The notes below the pieces were generated by a model. It made no database searches, was not told where the DNA came from, and was given only the letters and a program-made list of their open reading frames with translations. A DNA stretch of 63,355 nucleotides, counting the filler, from Octopus bimaculoides (taxonomy: Eukaryota): the NCBI RefSeq assembly GCF_001194135.2. It is 4 parts of 4 records of this genome, joined end to end, with 100 filler letters (N's around TTAATTAATTAA, not from the genome) between each part and the next. Parts side by side here need not be neighbours in the genome. Positions count along the whole stretch, not along the records: positions 51,474 to 58,401 come from NW_026318930.1; positions 58,502 to 63,355 come from NC_068985.1; 2 more parts are not named here. One strand, 5' to 3'. This document shows positions 52,871-63,355 of the stretch, in pieces (the first letter of the stretch is position 1; the number at the start of each line of letters is the position of its first letter). A program made the translations under genes and the position numbers.

Positions 52871-54541
52871 TCTGCTTATGATGGAGATTTTATGATCAGT
52901 AGGTTGATCATAAGAAACGGCTCAAGTGGAGTCATCTAAAAANNNNNNNNNNGATCAGTAGGTTGATCATAAGAAACGGCTCAAGTGGAGTCATCTAAAA
53001 AGTTTCCACGGATGACATCACAATACTAACAAGAGACCCAAAGATATGCAAGTAGTTCTGCATAGACTGGATTAACTAATTACTTGGTGAAGAATGGTGG
53101 TTAAAGNNNNNNNNNNNNNNNNNNNNNNNNNNNNNNNNNNNNNNNATTTGTCAAATATAAGCAGAAGCAAGTAAATTTCAAAATAACAGGAGAAACCAAA
53201 TCAAATGTTAAAGACAAATATATATAAAGATTAGGACGATTGCGTGCTAGCTTGCTGTCTGGTAGGAAACGAGGAATTGATACCAAGGCACAGACGAAAG
53301 AATTATAAGCAATAGATATGNNNNNNNNNNAAGTATCTGGGCAAATACGGGATTTGTCGCTTCCAGTTCGATCTGTATGTCCGTCTTGAGAATCACTTCT
53401 TACATACCATTTAAGATATATTCCTTAGAGTAACATGTCGCTCACCAGTTTCGTTTAGTTAATGATATTTGATACGAGTGTACAGTGTTTTAAGACACCT
53501 GTTATTATTTAGCTGTTCGACCTGTGTAGAACTAATCATCGCTCGCCTGGAAAGAAATCTACTTCAGTAAGGAATATGAATGACGTTCAAATGTCTTCAA
53601 ATATTTCCTGAATCAGCTGATATTCTGGTTAACTGGGATGCAAAAAGTTAAAATTCAAGATTAACAGCATCAATGTTTGAGAAAGAGAGAGGGATGATGT
53701 GGGAGAAGGAGACCCAGGAAGACATTGGACGAAATAGTGAAGGCCGATCTCAAAACACTGAGAAAGAAATGACATTATAAAAATGCACTAGTGCTGGTGA
53801 CACGTAAAAAGCATGCAGCATATTTTGTAAAGTGGTTGGTGTAAAGAAAGGTCTCCAGCCATAGAAACCAGCAGAAAAGACACTACAGAACCTGGGGCAG
53901 CCCCTGGCCATCCAACCCATGCCAGAATGGATAACAGATGATGGTATGAATATTACTGAAATTCCAGAAGATAATCAAGTTTCGCATGGTTGGGAATATG
54001 GATAAATTACCATTTCAGCAATTTTCCCTGCAATAATGTGTGAATGACCAGTGATATGTAGTTACTGAGGGTTTGTGTAAATGTATAGTGTTTTAGGACA
54101 CCTGCAATCATTTTCTGGTCCATTTCATGTGTTGAGAATTGCATCTTTAATGGGAATGAATGACATTGAAATGTCTTCAAAAGTTAGCTGAATCAGACGA
54201 CACTCTGGTGNNNNNNNNNNGACATTGAAATGTCTTCAAAAGTTAGCTGAATCAGACGACACTCTGGTGAACTGTGATATGGAGAGTTTTAATTAACAAG
54301 TACCAACAGCAACATTTAAGAAAGACGGCAGGCAAATGCTTATCTTACATGAAATGGTGTGTCATTTGTTATTGGGTAGATCATATAATGATCATGTTGG
54401 TTAATATTGGAATTAAGTGGAAGATGAGAAGAATTTTAATTTGTAATTTCTAGAATGAGAAGAGAATATTATGTCTTACGCATAGCACTGTTACAATATG
54501 TTCTCACTAAATTTCACAACTGTTTGTCTCCTATCTTTCAG

Positions 54542-54667
54542 AGATAACAGGATGCATTGATGAACAATCAATGTCAGTGGACATTAAAAAGATGAAAGAT
54601 GTAATTGAGAAAAAGTTAGCTGACATACCGGATTGGAAGATCACTGGAGACTGGGAAAGATTTACCT
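54542..54667 (+). CDS. Putative upstream exon of the death-domain gene (EITGCIDEQSMSVDIKKMKDVIEKKLADIPDWKITGDWERFT)
   Basis: Strong acceptor ctcctatctttcag with only one frame open. The 3' boundary is uncertain (alternative donor at 54601). Confidence 0.4.
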
Positions 54668-54784
54668 GTACTATGACGCACAAATACCATGTATCAAAAT
54701 GTTAACATCATGGCGACGGTTTAATACTCTGTAAACATTGTGAATCTGCAACGGAGCCTATGACGCAGGGGCTGGCAGGTCTTT

Positions 54785-55075
54785 AGATGTGTCTCCAGTG
54801 AAGCTGATATCCTTGAACACGGCCTTAAGTTCAATTCAGATGGCTATGTAATGCTCCTGGAGATAGTGGTCAAAATCTGGCTGGACACGGTTGCTGTTCG
54901 AAGGCCTTATACATGACAGCAGGATACAGTTCCTTTCCATACAGCAGAAAGCGTCAGAAGCGACTGTCGGAGAATTTATAGGGCTTCGATAGACCCAATT
55001 TTTAGCCTCCTAATTGCCCTGATTGTAATCCCATGGATTATTATGTCTGGAGCAGGGTTGAAAAAGAGACCATCC
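54785..55075 (+). mobile_element. Second maT-type (DD37D) transposase fragment
   Basis: GLKFNSDGYVMLLEIVVKIWL...QQD...PDCNPMDYYVWSRVEKET across frameshifts; homologous to 28480-28900. Confidence 0.8.
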
Positions 55076-55079
55076 GCTC

Positions 55080-55410
55080 TGACAGTAACAACTGAAACAG
55101 GAAATGAGGTTAAATGGATTAGAGAAAAACTCCTTCAGAGCGCTTATGAGGTTAATAGGAAACTGTTTGCAGATGATAAGTGCAGCAGTGTAAAATGTAC
55201 TGAAGATGAACTGGACAGGTACATACAGGAGCCCTACAGTGACCCACAGTAAGGTCAGCAGTTCCATCTGATGGAAGGTTTGAAACATCGAATGAAACTA
55301 GAAATCAAACTTCAGCAAGGTGATTTCAGCAAGCACCAATCAGATAGCTGTGTGAAGAAGTCAAGAGCAATGGGTGCCCCAGAAGGCGATAGTGTACCAT
55401 AGGTTCTGTT
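55080..55410 (+). mobile_element. HERO/NeSL-like non-LTR element fragment (pre-RT region)
   Basis: RKLFADDK...ELDRYIQEPYSDP...VKKSRAMGAPEGDSVP resembles the YSDP...VKKARxxSAPGPxGVPY pattern of RLE-clade LINEs. Confidence 0.55.
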
Positions 55411-55648
55411 ATAAGCTTTACGTACAACTTAGAGAATTGTGGTACGGAAGTAAACTATTTCGCCGAGTAATAATTAGATCAGATAATTGCTATGGTAATT
55501 GATAATGTAGGAGATTTTAATAGATACAAGAAGTTTAGGAAGGTTAGTCTATTTAGGTGTGAATCTAAATATTGACCAAAACTATAGTGACCATTGTTAA
55601 TTGGAATGTGTTAGAGTATAAAATACAGTAATAAAATATTTCTTTCAG

Positions 55649-55720
55649 GGACTCTAAAACTCAATGGGGAGTATCTTCATAGAGCAGCAAAAAAGTTAGG
55701 GAGCAAATGGCAGCAAGTTG
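55649..55720 (+). CDS. Death-domain exon, N-terminal part (TLKLNGEYLHRAAKKLGSKWQQV)
   Basis: tttctttcag acceptor, G|GTGAGT donor, 72 nt; reads as death-domain helices 1-2 (A..LG.KW..V). Confidence 0.72.
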
Positions 55721-56859
55721 GTGAGTATAGAATACCTAATTGATTTCTATAAATTTTGCCATAACTTGAACTTTTGTTTGTTATAATGACAAAGAACAGA
55801 TTCCATTCCTAATTTCCTATTGAAAATGTTAGCTAAATGTATTACTGAAATTTCATAAAATATCCACCGAAATTAGCATAGTTTTGCATGCTTGGTGAAA
55901 TTAGAAAATACAACAGAGTCGATATTGTCGTTTAAACAGGGAACTAAGTTCTATTGTTGTTGAAAGGTAAACAGGTGAGTTAATGTCGATGTTTCTGTTT
56001 GTTTACATTGTTTACGTTGCTACTAAATTTACTGATAATTTGTTGTTGTTGCTTAGACTTTATCTGGCAGTATTAAGAAGAAAAGTGTGCCACGTGTGAC
56101 ATAACTGCTTCGTTTGGGAGACAAGGACCACATTATCAAATGCAACTTTGTTAACAGGAGAGTGTGCATTGTATGTGACATGTTGTAGTCTGCCCTTTGG
56201 CCAGTCTGTTTCTCTATATTTATAGCAACTTTTTAGCCCCAGGCCAACCTAGTGTTGCTGATTGTCTTCATGGGTGGATTGAACTCAACACTTGTAAGTT
56301 AATGAAACACTCGCTAATTATAAAATAATTATGCCAACAGACGATGTAAATTCGAATTAATTTTGTTTCTCAATTGAAATATTTTCACTCTTCTTTACAT
56401 TACAAATGTCATTTGGAAAGGCATGAACATCACAATAACCCATTTGCCCTTGTCTGAATGTGTAACAACATAAAATACCATTTATACAATGTTCCCATTA
56501 TTTAGAGAAGTGCCTTTCCATGGTACCTGTATACATCTAGGTAGACTGCTTCATAGAGAGACGTCTTTAGCAGGGATATAGAGCAGTGATGGGGAGTAGA
56601 TTTAAACCTTCCAGCCTTGCTATAAGAAGTCACGACAATATCCTGTCAGTCAGCTGATAGAAATGATTTATCTAAATTAAGAGAGGATATCATTTATGAT
56701 ATGTCGAACATGTTATACACTTGGAATTAATATAAAAGGTAACAGCCATATACTGGGCTAAAATCAATTTACGAACAACAGTTCATCATCATCATCATCA
56801 TCATCANNNNNNNNNNNNNNNNNNNNNNNNCATCATCATCATCATCATCATCATTTTGT

Positions 56860-57240
56860 TTTCATTTCTCGAAGTTTGAATGAGTTAGACTACTTCTTTC
56901 ACAGTTGTTGTCGTCCTTTGACAGGTTTAATTTCTTGTTTCCTTCCATTTGCATCTCCTGGCACATCTTCGTCCAACTTGTATCTTTCATACTCCTCCCA
57001 TATCTGTACCATCTCGTCTCTTGTGCACTATCTAGGAATCTTCAAAAACCTAGTTTTCCTTCCAGTTCATTTTTTTCTCCAGGATTTCTACACATTAGCA
57101 TTACACATCCAGTCAAGTATGCTGACCTAATTTCCTGCCGGTTTCATACATCCTCCATATCCAATGCATCATTGCATCATTTGGAAACAGAATCTCTTTG
57201 TTACCAATAGACATAATAGCTCACTGTACATTTCTCACCT
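56860..57240 (-). mobile_element. Decayed RTE LINE C-terminus ending in the (GAT)n tail at 56785-56852
   Basis: Remnants of RWYGHV and MEGKR..GRP-like motifs on the minus strand, upstream of the (GAT)n tract. Confidence 0.45.
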
Positions 57241-58231
57241 CATATTTTTCTCTAAATAGTATGAATGCAAAATAGTTTCCTCCACTTTTAATTATGTTAC
57301 CAAGGTAACAGAAACCATCAACAACAACATTCATAATTGTTCATACTAGTAGCTACAGCCGTATATCTGGTAATGACAAAGTATTTCCTCTATTCTGTGA
57401 ACGTACCTCTGATCCCACTGCATCACTTTGTGGACCTATTGCGTGCATTGGCTTATAGGATTCCTACTGACCCACCTCTTTCCTGTTAATTAAAACTCTA
57501 CTCATTGCTAGGTCTACTCCATTGTCAACATCTCTCTAAATTGTGGCCTTGATCCAGTGAAAGAAATCCTTATTATGAGTCATGAACTAAGACAATAAAT
57601 TTGGTGTCTTCTATAATATTTCAGGAGAATGAAGAAGTATTATATTTTTTGTATACTTGTGATCATTCTGGTATCTTGTCTATTTGTAATTCAATTGGTC
57701 CCCGTGNNNNNNNNNNNNNNNNNNNNNNNNNNNNNNNNNNNNNNNNNNNNNNNNNNNNNNNNNNNNNNNNNNNNNNATATTCCAGAGGAGGAAAAGGCAT
57801 CACACATCAATATTTCCAGCATTGATCCTGTGATGTTATCAGATGGTTTTTCAATGCCTTCCTTAAAAAGTAAATTTTCCTCACAAATACTGTTCCTGCC
57901 ATCTGTTTACCATGCATTTTCTCAAATCCTTCAGTCTTATTAATATTTCTTCTCCTTCCTCTTCCTTCTTGTTTTTANNNNNNNNNNTCTTTGTTATTTT
58001 TATCAACATCCTTAGAAACAGAGAACAATGTCTTATAGTTTTCATGTTTCTTATTTCGTTATTTCTCTATTGATGTAGATTCTTTGTTATATTTATAACC
58101 TACAGTACATCGTCTTTATATTATTGTTAATGTTGTTGTTTGTGTTANNNNNNNNNNCCTACAGTACATCGTCTTTATATTATTGTTAATGTTGTTGTTT
58201 GTGTTATTTCCTGTCGTTGTATCTTTTGCAG

Positions 58232-58401
58232 CTATATTCTTAGGAATTCCAGCAATTGACCAGGATATTATCAAGAATGATTTTCCTCGTGACACAGTAA
58301 AACAGAGTTACCAAATGCTTTGTGAGTGGTTTATCAATTGTAATCCAGAGGAACGTACGTTTGAGACACTCATAAAAGCTTTGCAAGATGCTGAGTGCTT
58401 T
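58232..58401 (+). CDS. Death-domain exon, C-terminal part (AIFLGIPAIDQDIIKNDFPRDTVKQSYQMLCEWFINCNPEERTFETLIKALQDAECF), runs into a gap
   Basis: gtatcttttgcag acceptor; phase 1 joins 55720 in frame; typical LG...I..D.P.D..EQ.YQML.EW...T...L..AL pattern. Confidence 0.82.
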
Positions 58402-58501
58402 NNNNNNNNNNNNNNNNNNNNNNNNNNNNNNNNNNNNNNNNNNNNTTAATTAATTAANNNNNNNNNNNNNNNNNNNNNNNNNNNNNNNNNNNNNNNNNNN
58501 N

Positions 58502-58548
<47 letters not shown>

Positions 58549-58628
58549 TACGAGAGAGAGAGAGAGTGGACAAATGAAAGAAGGGCACTCAACCAATTTA
58601 TTGTATGTTAATTGTATGAATCTAAACA

Positions 58629-58764
58629 GTTTGATCCAAATTCGTTGGTACTTTTGTGTTTCAAGCGTGATGCTAGTCGTCAGCCATTTTGATTGAAAAT
58701 CAAAATGGCTGACGACTAGCATATGACGCTTGAATCTCAAACTATCAGCGAATTTGAAGCAAAC
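58629..58764. repeat. Foldback with a perfect 25-bp core stem and 3-nt loop
   Basis: atgctagtcgtcagccattttgatt (58670-58694) GAA aatcaaaatggctgacgactagcat (58698-58722), plus an imperfect outer stem. Confidence 0.9.
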
Positions 58765-58807
58765 TATTTTTCTCCACATAAACATATATACATATACGTA
58801 CATACAA

Positions 58808-59076
58808 ATATAAATATATAGTTTTAGAGAAAAGAACCAAGGTTCATGAACTCATCGATGAAAATCCGCAGTCACATTATAGAAAATTAATAAGTAAAAG
58901 CACAATAAATAGATATAATATAATAAAAAGTAAATATCATAACATAATGATGATATAACGACTACACGTGTTTCATACACGTGCTTTTACTTATTAATTT
59001 TCGATATGCGACTATGGATTTTCATCGATGAGTTCATGAACCTTGGTTCTTTTCTCTAAAACTATATATTTATATT
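58808..59076. repeat. Inverted repeat with ~95-bp arms
   Basis: ...gttttagagaaaagaaccaaggttcatgaactcatcgatgaaaatcc... and its reverse complement at 58981-59076. Confidence 0.9.
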
Positions 59077-59227
59077 TTATACTGTGAAACATAATTTCAT
59101 GTTAATTTTTAATAAATTGAATTTAATTTACTTCTTACATGTAAATTTGGATTTTTTCATCATGTAACCTCGTGGGCATCGGTACCATTTTCCTCTTTCT
59201 CCGTTCTTCCATTCTCCGAACTTTCCA

Positions 59228-59264
59228 TCTTTCCGACGAAGGGCTACGCCCGAAACGTCATACA
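59228..59264 (+). ncRNA. Minimal hammerhead-like motif in a PLE-like 3' repeat (about 59130-59360)
   Basis: CCGACGA A GGGC[uac]GCCC GAAAC GUC has a perfect stem II and a GUC triplet, but stem I is weak and U4 is C. Downstream sequence is homologous to 27650-27750. Confidence 0.55.
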
Positions 59265-59355
59265 CTCTCTCTTTCCTTTCCTGAGCGTCCAATAATACTA
59301 TCCATATCACGTCCTCACTTTGTTGTTTTTTTGTTTTTTTGTTATTGTGTTTTTG

Positions 59356-59430
<75 letters not shown>

Positions 59431-60906
59431 AATATATATTCATAGCTACATACATACATATATATGCATGCGCGCATGCGTTTACTTACACGCACGCGCG
59501 CATGCATATACTTCAACTTGAAATGTTTGTAGTGAAGGAATTTGTACAAGTAGAGCTGTGACATGAACTGCGATTTCCCGACATTATCTAAAACGGCAGT
59601 AATTCCACGATTGGAAAGCCATTGGTCACAGGTTTGCTCAACAAAGGTAGAACTGAAGGAGCAACAACAAAAGCGGTAACGCCTCCTCAGATTATAAATA
59701 CACTAACTGGCCCGGCGCCGTCAAAAATGACTGCTAAACGTAGTATTTTATATATAAATATGGATGGTAAATCAAATTAATACACTTGTGAATGTTATCT
59801 AGTGGTTGTCTTTTGTGATTTGACGTTGATCATCGTCTGTTACTGAAAGAATGCTGGTTCACACATACAAACATTCACATACTTCTCTTGTACATGCACA
59901 CACATACGCACATATACTCACACAGAGTTGAAACGCTCTCTGATTTTTCTTTTCAGCGTTGAATGTTCACCATCCCACCTCCATTGCCCTCTCTCACACA
60001 CACACATACACACACATGCATACACACACACACACACACACACAAATTCACATACCTCCCTTTAACATACACACATATTCTCACACAAAGTTGAAAGTTT
60101 CCTCTACCAGTTTGCTATCACCCCTTCCTTCCTTATTCATCTATCACCCCTTCCGTTTTCATTCATACCTTGTGACGGAGAAAAACACATGAGTATTATT
60201 ATAGTAAAATTTGATATCGTCGAGGTGCATGCCGTACACAACATCTAATGTTGTAGGCAGCCTCTAGTGGATGAAGAAAACTGCAACGAATATCAACCAA
60301 TTCTTCCTCATCGTATTTAAAACTAAACGTTGAACAAAAAATATGTAGTTTTAGATAAATGTGTTAATGTGCGTTTGAAGCTAAAACAAAAAACAAAAAT
60401 AAAAAGGGCAGCATTTTTAGGTCTTTAAACATATGTGTTTGATACCGCGTCATATCTCTTATAAAACAACAACAACGACGACGACGACGATATTATATTT
60501 AGTCTGTTAGTGATTAATTCACTCATCGATATTGGATACAACTGCTGTGCATTAAGTGACTGGCACAGAGCAAACCACTCAAGCTGTAAAGCTGTAAACA
60601 ATTTCTCAAGATGGACGTTAATACAGCCCTTTCTAAAAGGCAAAATAATCAAAGCGTGACGATTCTCACTTATGCACGCCAGATTGGCAGATATATTTTA
60701 AAAGTTTTAAATTTCAAACCCAAGATAACTATTTAAACTATTTTCTTCTTTTTTGTGATCATTTTAGTTTTGGAGATGAAATAAATTTCAAAAACCAAAT
60801 GTCATCTTTAAAAATTGAAAATATAAAGTGAGCAATATGTGATGCATTAAAAGATCATGAAAGCAACGAATCTTTTCTATTTATCCAGAGCCCAAAATTA
60901 TATTTC

Positions 60907-61071
60907 CATAAATGTGAGTTATGTGTTCATCGTGATAGTCTAACGAACACACGCACACACATAAAGATTATCTAACATGGGTCTCGAAATATATGTATCT
61001 ATTGGTATGCAACACGTCTATCTATGTGAGTTTATATCTGTATACGTATATGATATGTGTATGTGTGTATT

Positions 61072-61111
<40 letters not shown>

Positions 61112-61601
61112 AATATATATATATATANNNNNNNNNNNNNNNNNNNNNNNNNNNNNNNNNNNNNNNNNNNNNNNNNNNNNNNNNNNNNNNNNNNNNNNNN
61201 NNNNNNNNNNNNNNNNNNNNNNNNNNNNNNNNNNNNNNNNNNNNNNNNNNNNNNNNNNNNNNNNNNNNNNNNNNNNNNNNNNNNNNNNNNNNNNNNNNNN
61301 NNNNNNNNNNNNNNNNNNNNNNNNNNNNNNNNNNNNNNNNNNNNNNNNNNNNNNNNNNNNNNNNNNNNNNNNNNNNNNNNNNNNNNNNNNNNNNNNNNNN
61401 NNNNNNNNNNNNNNNNNNNNNNNNNNNNNNNNNNNNNNNNNNNNNNNNNNNNNNNNNNNNNNNNNNNNNNNNNNNNNNNNNNNNNNNNNNNNNNNNNNNN
61501 NNNNNNNNNNNNNNNNNNNNNNNNNNNNNNNNNNNNNNNNNNNNNNNTATATATATATATTCATGTATGCGTACGTATGCATATATATATGTATATGTGT
61601 G

Positions 61602-61649
<48 letters not shown>

Positions 61650-61735
61650 TGTATGGACGCTCATGTTAGATCGTTTCTATGTGTAAGCGTGTGTTCGTAA
61701 GAATACTAAATTGAACACATAACTCGCATTTATGA
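60907..61735. mobile_element. Element with ~85-bp imperfect terminal inverted repeats enclosing (TA)n and a gap
   Basis: cataaatgtgagttatgtgttca...acgaacacacgc...atctaacatg versus the inverted copy at about 61650-61735. Confidence 0.55.
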
Positions 61736-61829
61736 TCTGTGGCAGATCCTAAACCGATTTGCCTGTCCCCCAAAATTCCTAAATATGATCATTCAGCTTC
61801 ACGAAGCCTAGCAAGGAAAAGTCCGCCTG

Positions 61830-62890
61830 AATAGCGACATATCAGACCCATTTCCCATCAACAAAGGCGTGAAGCAGATCTGTGTCCTAGCACCAACTCT
61901 CTTCAGCATCTTCTGCAGCATGATGCTCAAGCAGGTCACTGCAGACCTCGGCACTGAAGACAGCGTCTAAACCAGGTACTGCCTGGACGGCAGTCTTTTC
62001 AACCTCCGGCACCAACTGACCTTTACGAAGACACAAGGCCAAGTGATCCAGGACCTCCTCCTTTCAGATGATGCCTCACTTGTCGCACGCACAGAAAAAG
62101 CCCTGTAGCGCATCGCATCCTTCTTTGCAGAAGCTGCCCAGCACTTCGGGCTGGAGGTAAGCTTGGAAAAAACTGAAGTCTTACACCAACCATCTCCCCA
62201 GGAAGAGTACAGGTTGCCCCACATCACTATTGCCAAAACAGTACTGAAGTCAGTATAGCAGTTCACATTTTCTTCGATGTACCATTTCATCAGATGCGAG
62301 TTTCGACAAAGAAATTGACACAGATTTGCAAAGGCAGAAAAAGCATTTGGCAGACTGCAGAAGCGAGTGTGGAATAATAAACATCTTAAGATCAGCACAA
62401 AAGTTAGAGCCCACGGGGCTGTCGCCCTCACGACGCTCCTATATGACTCTAAGACCTGGGTCTCCTACGATATCATCTCAAGCTCCTTGAAAGTTCTCAT
62501 CAACGCTGCCTTCGTACCATCCTCAACATCTACTGGAGCATCTACATCAGCAGCACTGAGGTGCTCAAGCGATCAAAGGTCACCAGCCTAGAAACCATTT
62601 TACGTGAGACACGACGTCGTTGAGCAGGACACGTTGACAGGATGAAAGACTACCGCCGACACAAGTTCATCATGTACGGTGAGCTAACCATTGGCCACTG
62701 CAACAGTGGGGGTGGCACCAAATAAGCGTTACAAGGACTGCCTGAAGCAGTTCCTTAGCGTTTGTGACATAGATTATCCTGAGTGGTCCACTCTAACAGC
62801 TGACCGTGCTGTTTCATGCCAAACCATCAGCAATGCTGTTTACTCCTTTAACATCTGTCGCAGTGCCTATTTTCAAGACAAACGTTAGGG
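61830..62890 (+). mobile_element. RTE (BovB-like) LINE RT and C-terminal region, decayed
   Basis: SDPFPINKGVKQ.CVLAPTLFSIF...DLLLSDD...FGLEVSLEKTEVL...AFGRLQKRVWNNKHLKISTK...LLYDSKTW, with stops and frameshifts. Confidence 0.92.
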
Positions 62891-63009
62891 GCGAAAGGAT
62901 AGTCCAGCTGTATCATCAAATCCTGCACAATCATACCTCTGTCATCATTGCACAACAGCCTTTCCTAATCTTCATCAGCGAAGCGAAGCCAGGATATATG
63001 CATATATAT

Positions 63010-63355
63010 ACAAAGGAGATGAACAGTAGCAAATTACCATTTCTAGATATAATGGTAATTAAAAAGAACACCGCCATTACCACAGATATATATTACAAAC
63101 ACACAGACACACACCAATACTTGAACTTTAAATCGTGCCATCCACCCCATACAAAACACAACATACCATACTGCCTAGCCAGGAGAATATGTACTATTGT
63201 AGAGGATATAGAGACCAGAAATCAACGCCTGATGGAATTGAAAGAATTTCTGGTGAAGCAAAAATTCCCATCACGACTCATAGAAAATGGTATTCAGCGG
63301 GCTTCGAAAATACCCATACAACAACTGAGGACACCGCAAAGAAACGACAAACAGG
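63010..63355 (+). mobile_element. Penelope/Poseidon-type PLE RT thumb region, 5'-truncated, open to the window end
   Basis: 115 codons without a stop: KLPFLDIMVIKKNTAITTDIYYKHTDTHQYLNFKSCHPPHTKHNIPYCLARRICTIV...ELKEFLVKQKFPSRLIENGI. Not in the ORF track because no stop is reached. Confidence 0.9.

Overview
AT-rich, microsatellite-rich eukaryotic DNA with many assembly gaps. The repeat content, (CAT)n/(TA)n tracts and SINE types suggest an octopod cephalopod (inference, not a database result). Most of the window is intronic or intergenic and filled with transposon relics: Tc1 (DD34E), mariner (DD34D), maT-type (DD37D), piggyBac plus TTAA MITEs, hAT and TA-flanked MITEs, RTE, CR1-like, R4/Dong-like and HERO-like LINE pieces, two Penelope-like elements (PLEs) and at least four tRNA-derived SINE families. 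Host coding sequence is sparse. The best supported is a split death-domain gene on + (55649-55720 joined to 58232-58401+), sitting among decayed paralogous segments. A weaker candidate is a 2-3 exon run of an unidentified gene at 3.2-6.3 kb. The most interesting signal is three hammerhead-ribozyme (HHR) loci in repeats. One is a tRNA-headed SINE with an HHR tail and an inverted 5'-truncated copy of that tail, next to a PLE, which suggests a PLE-mobilised ribozyme SINE. Several perfect or near-perfect foldbacks also occur. There are no rRNA genes, bona fide tRNA genes or CRISPR arrays. All calls are by eye, without searches.
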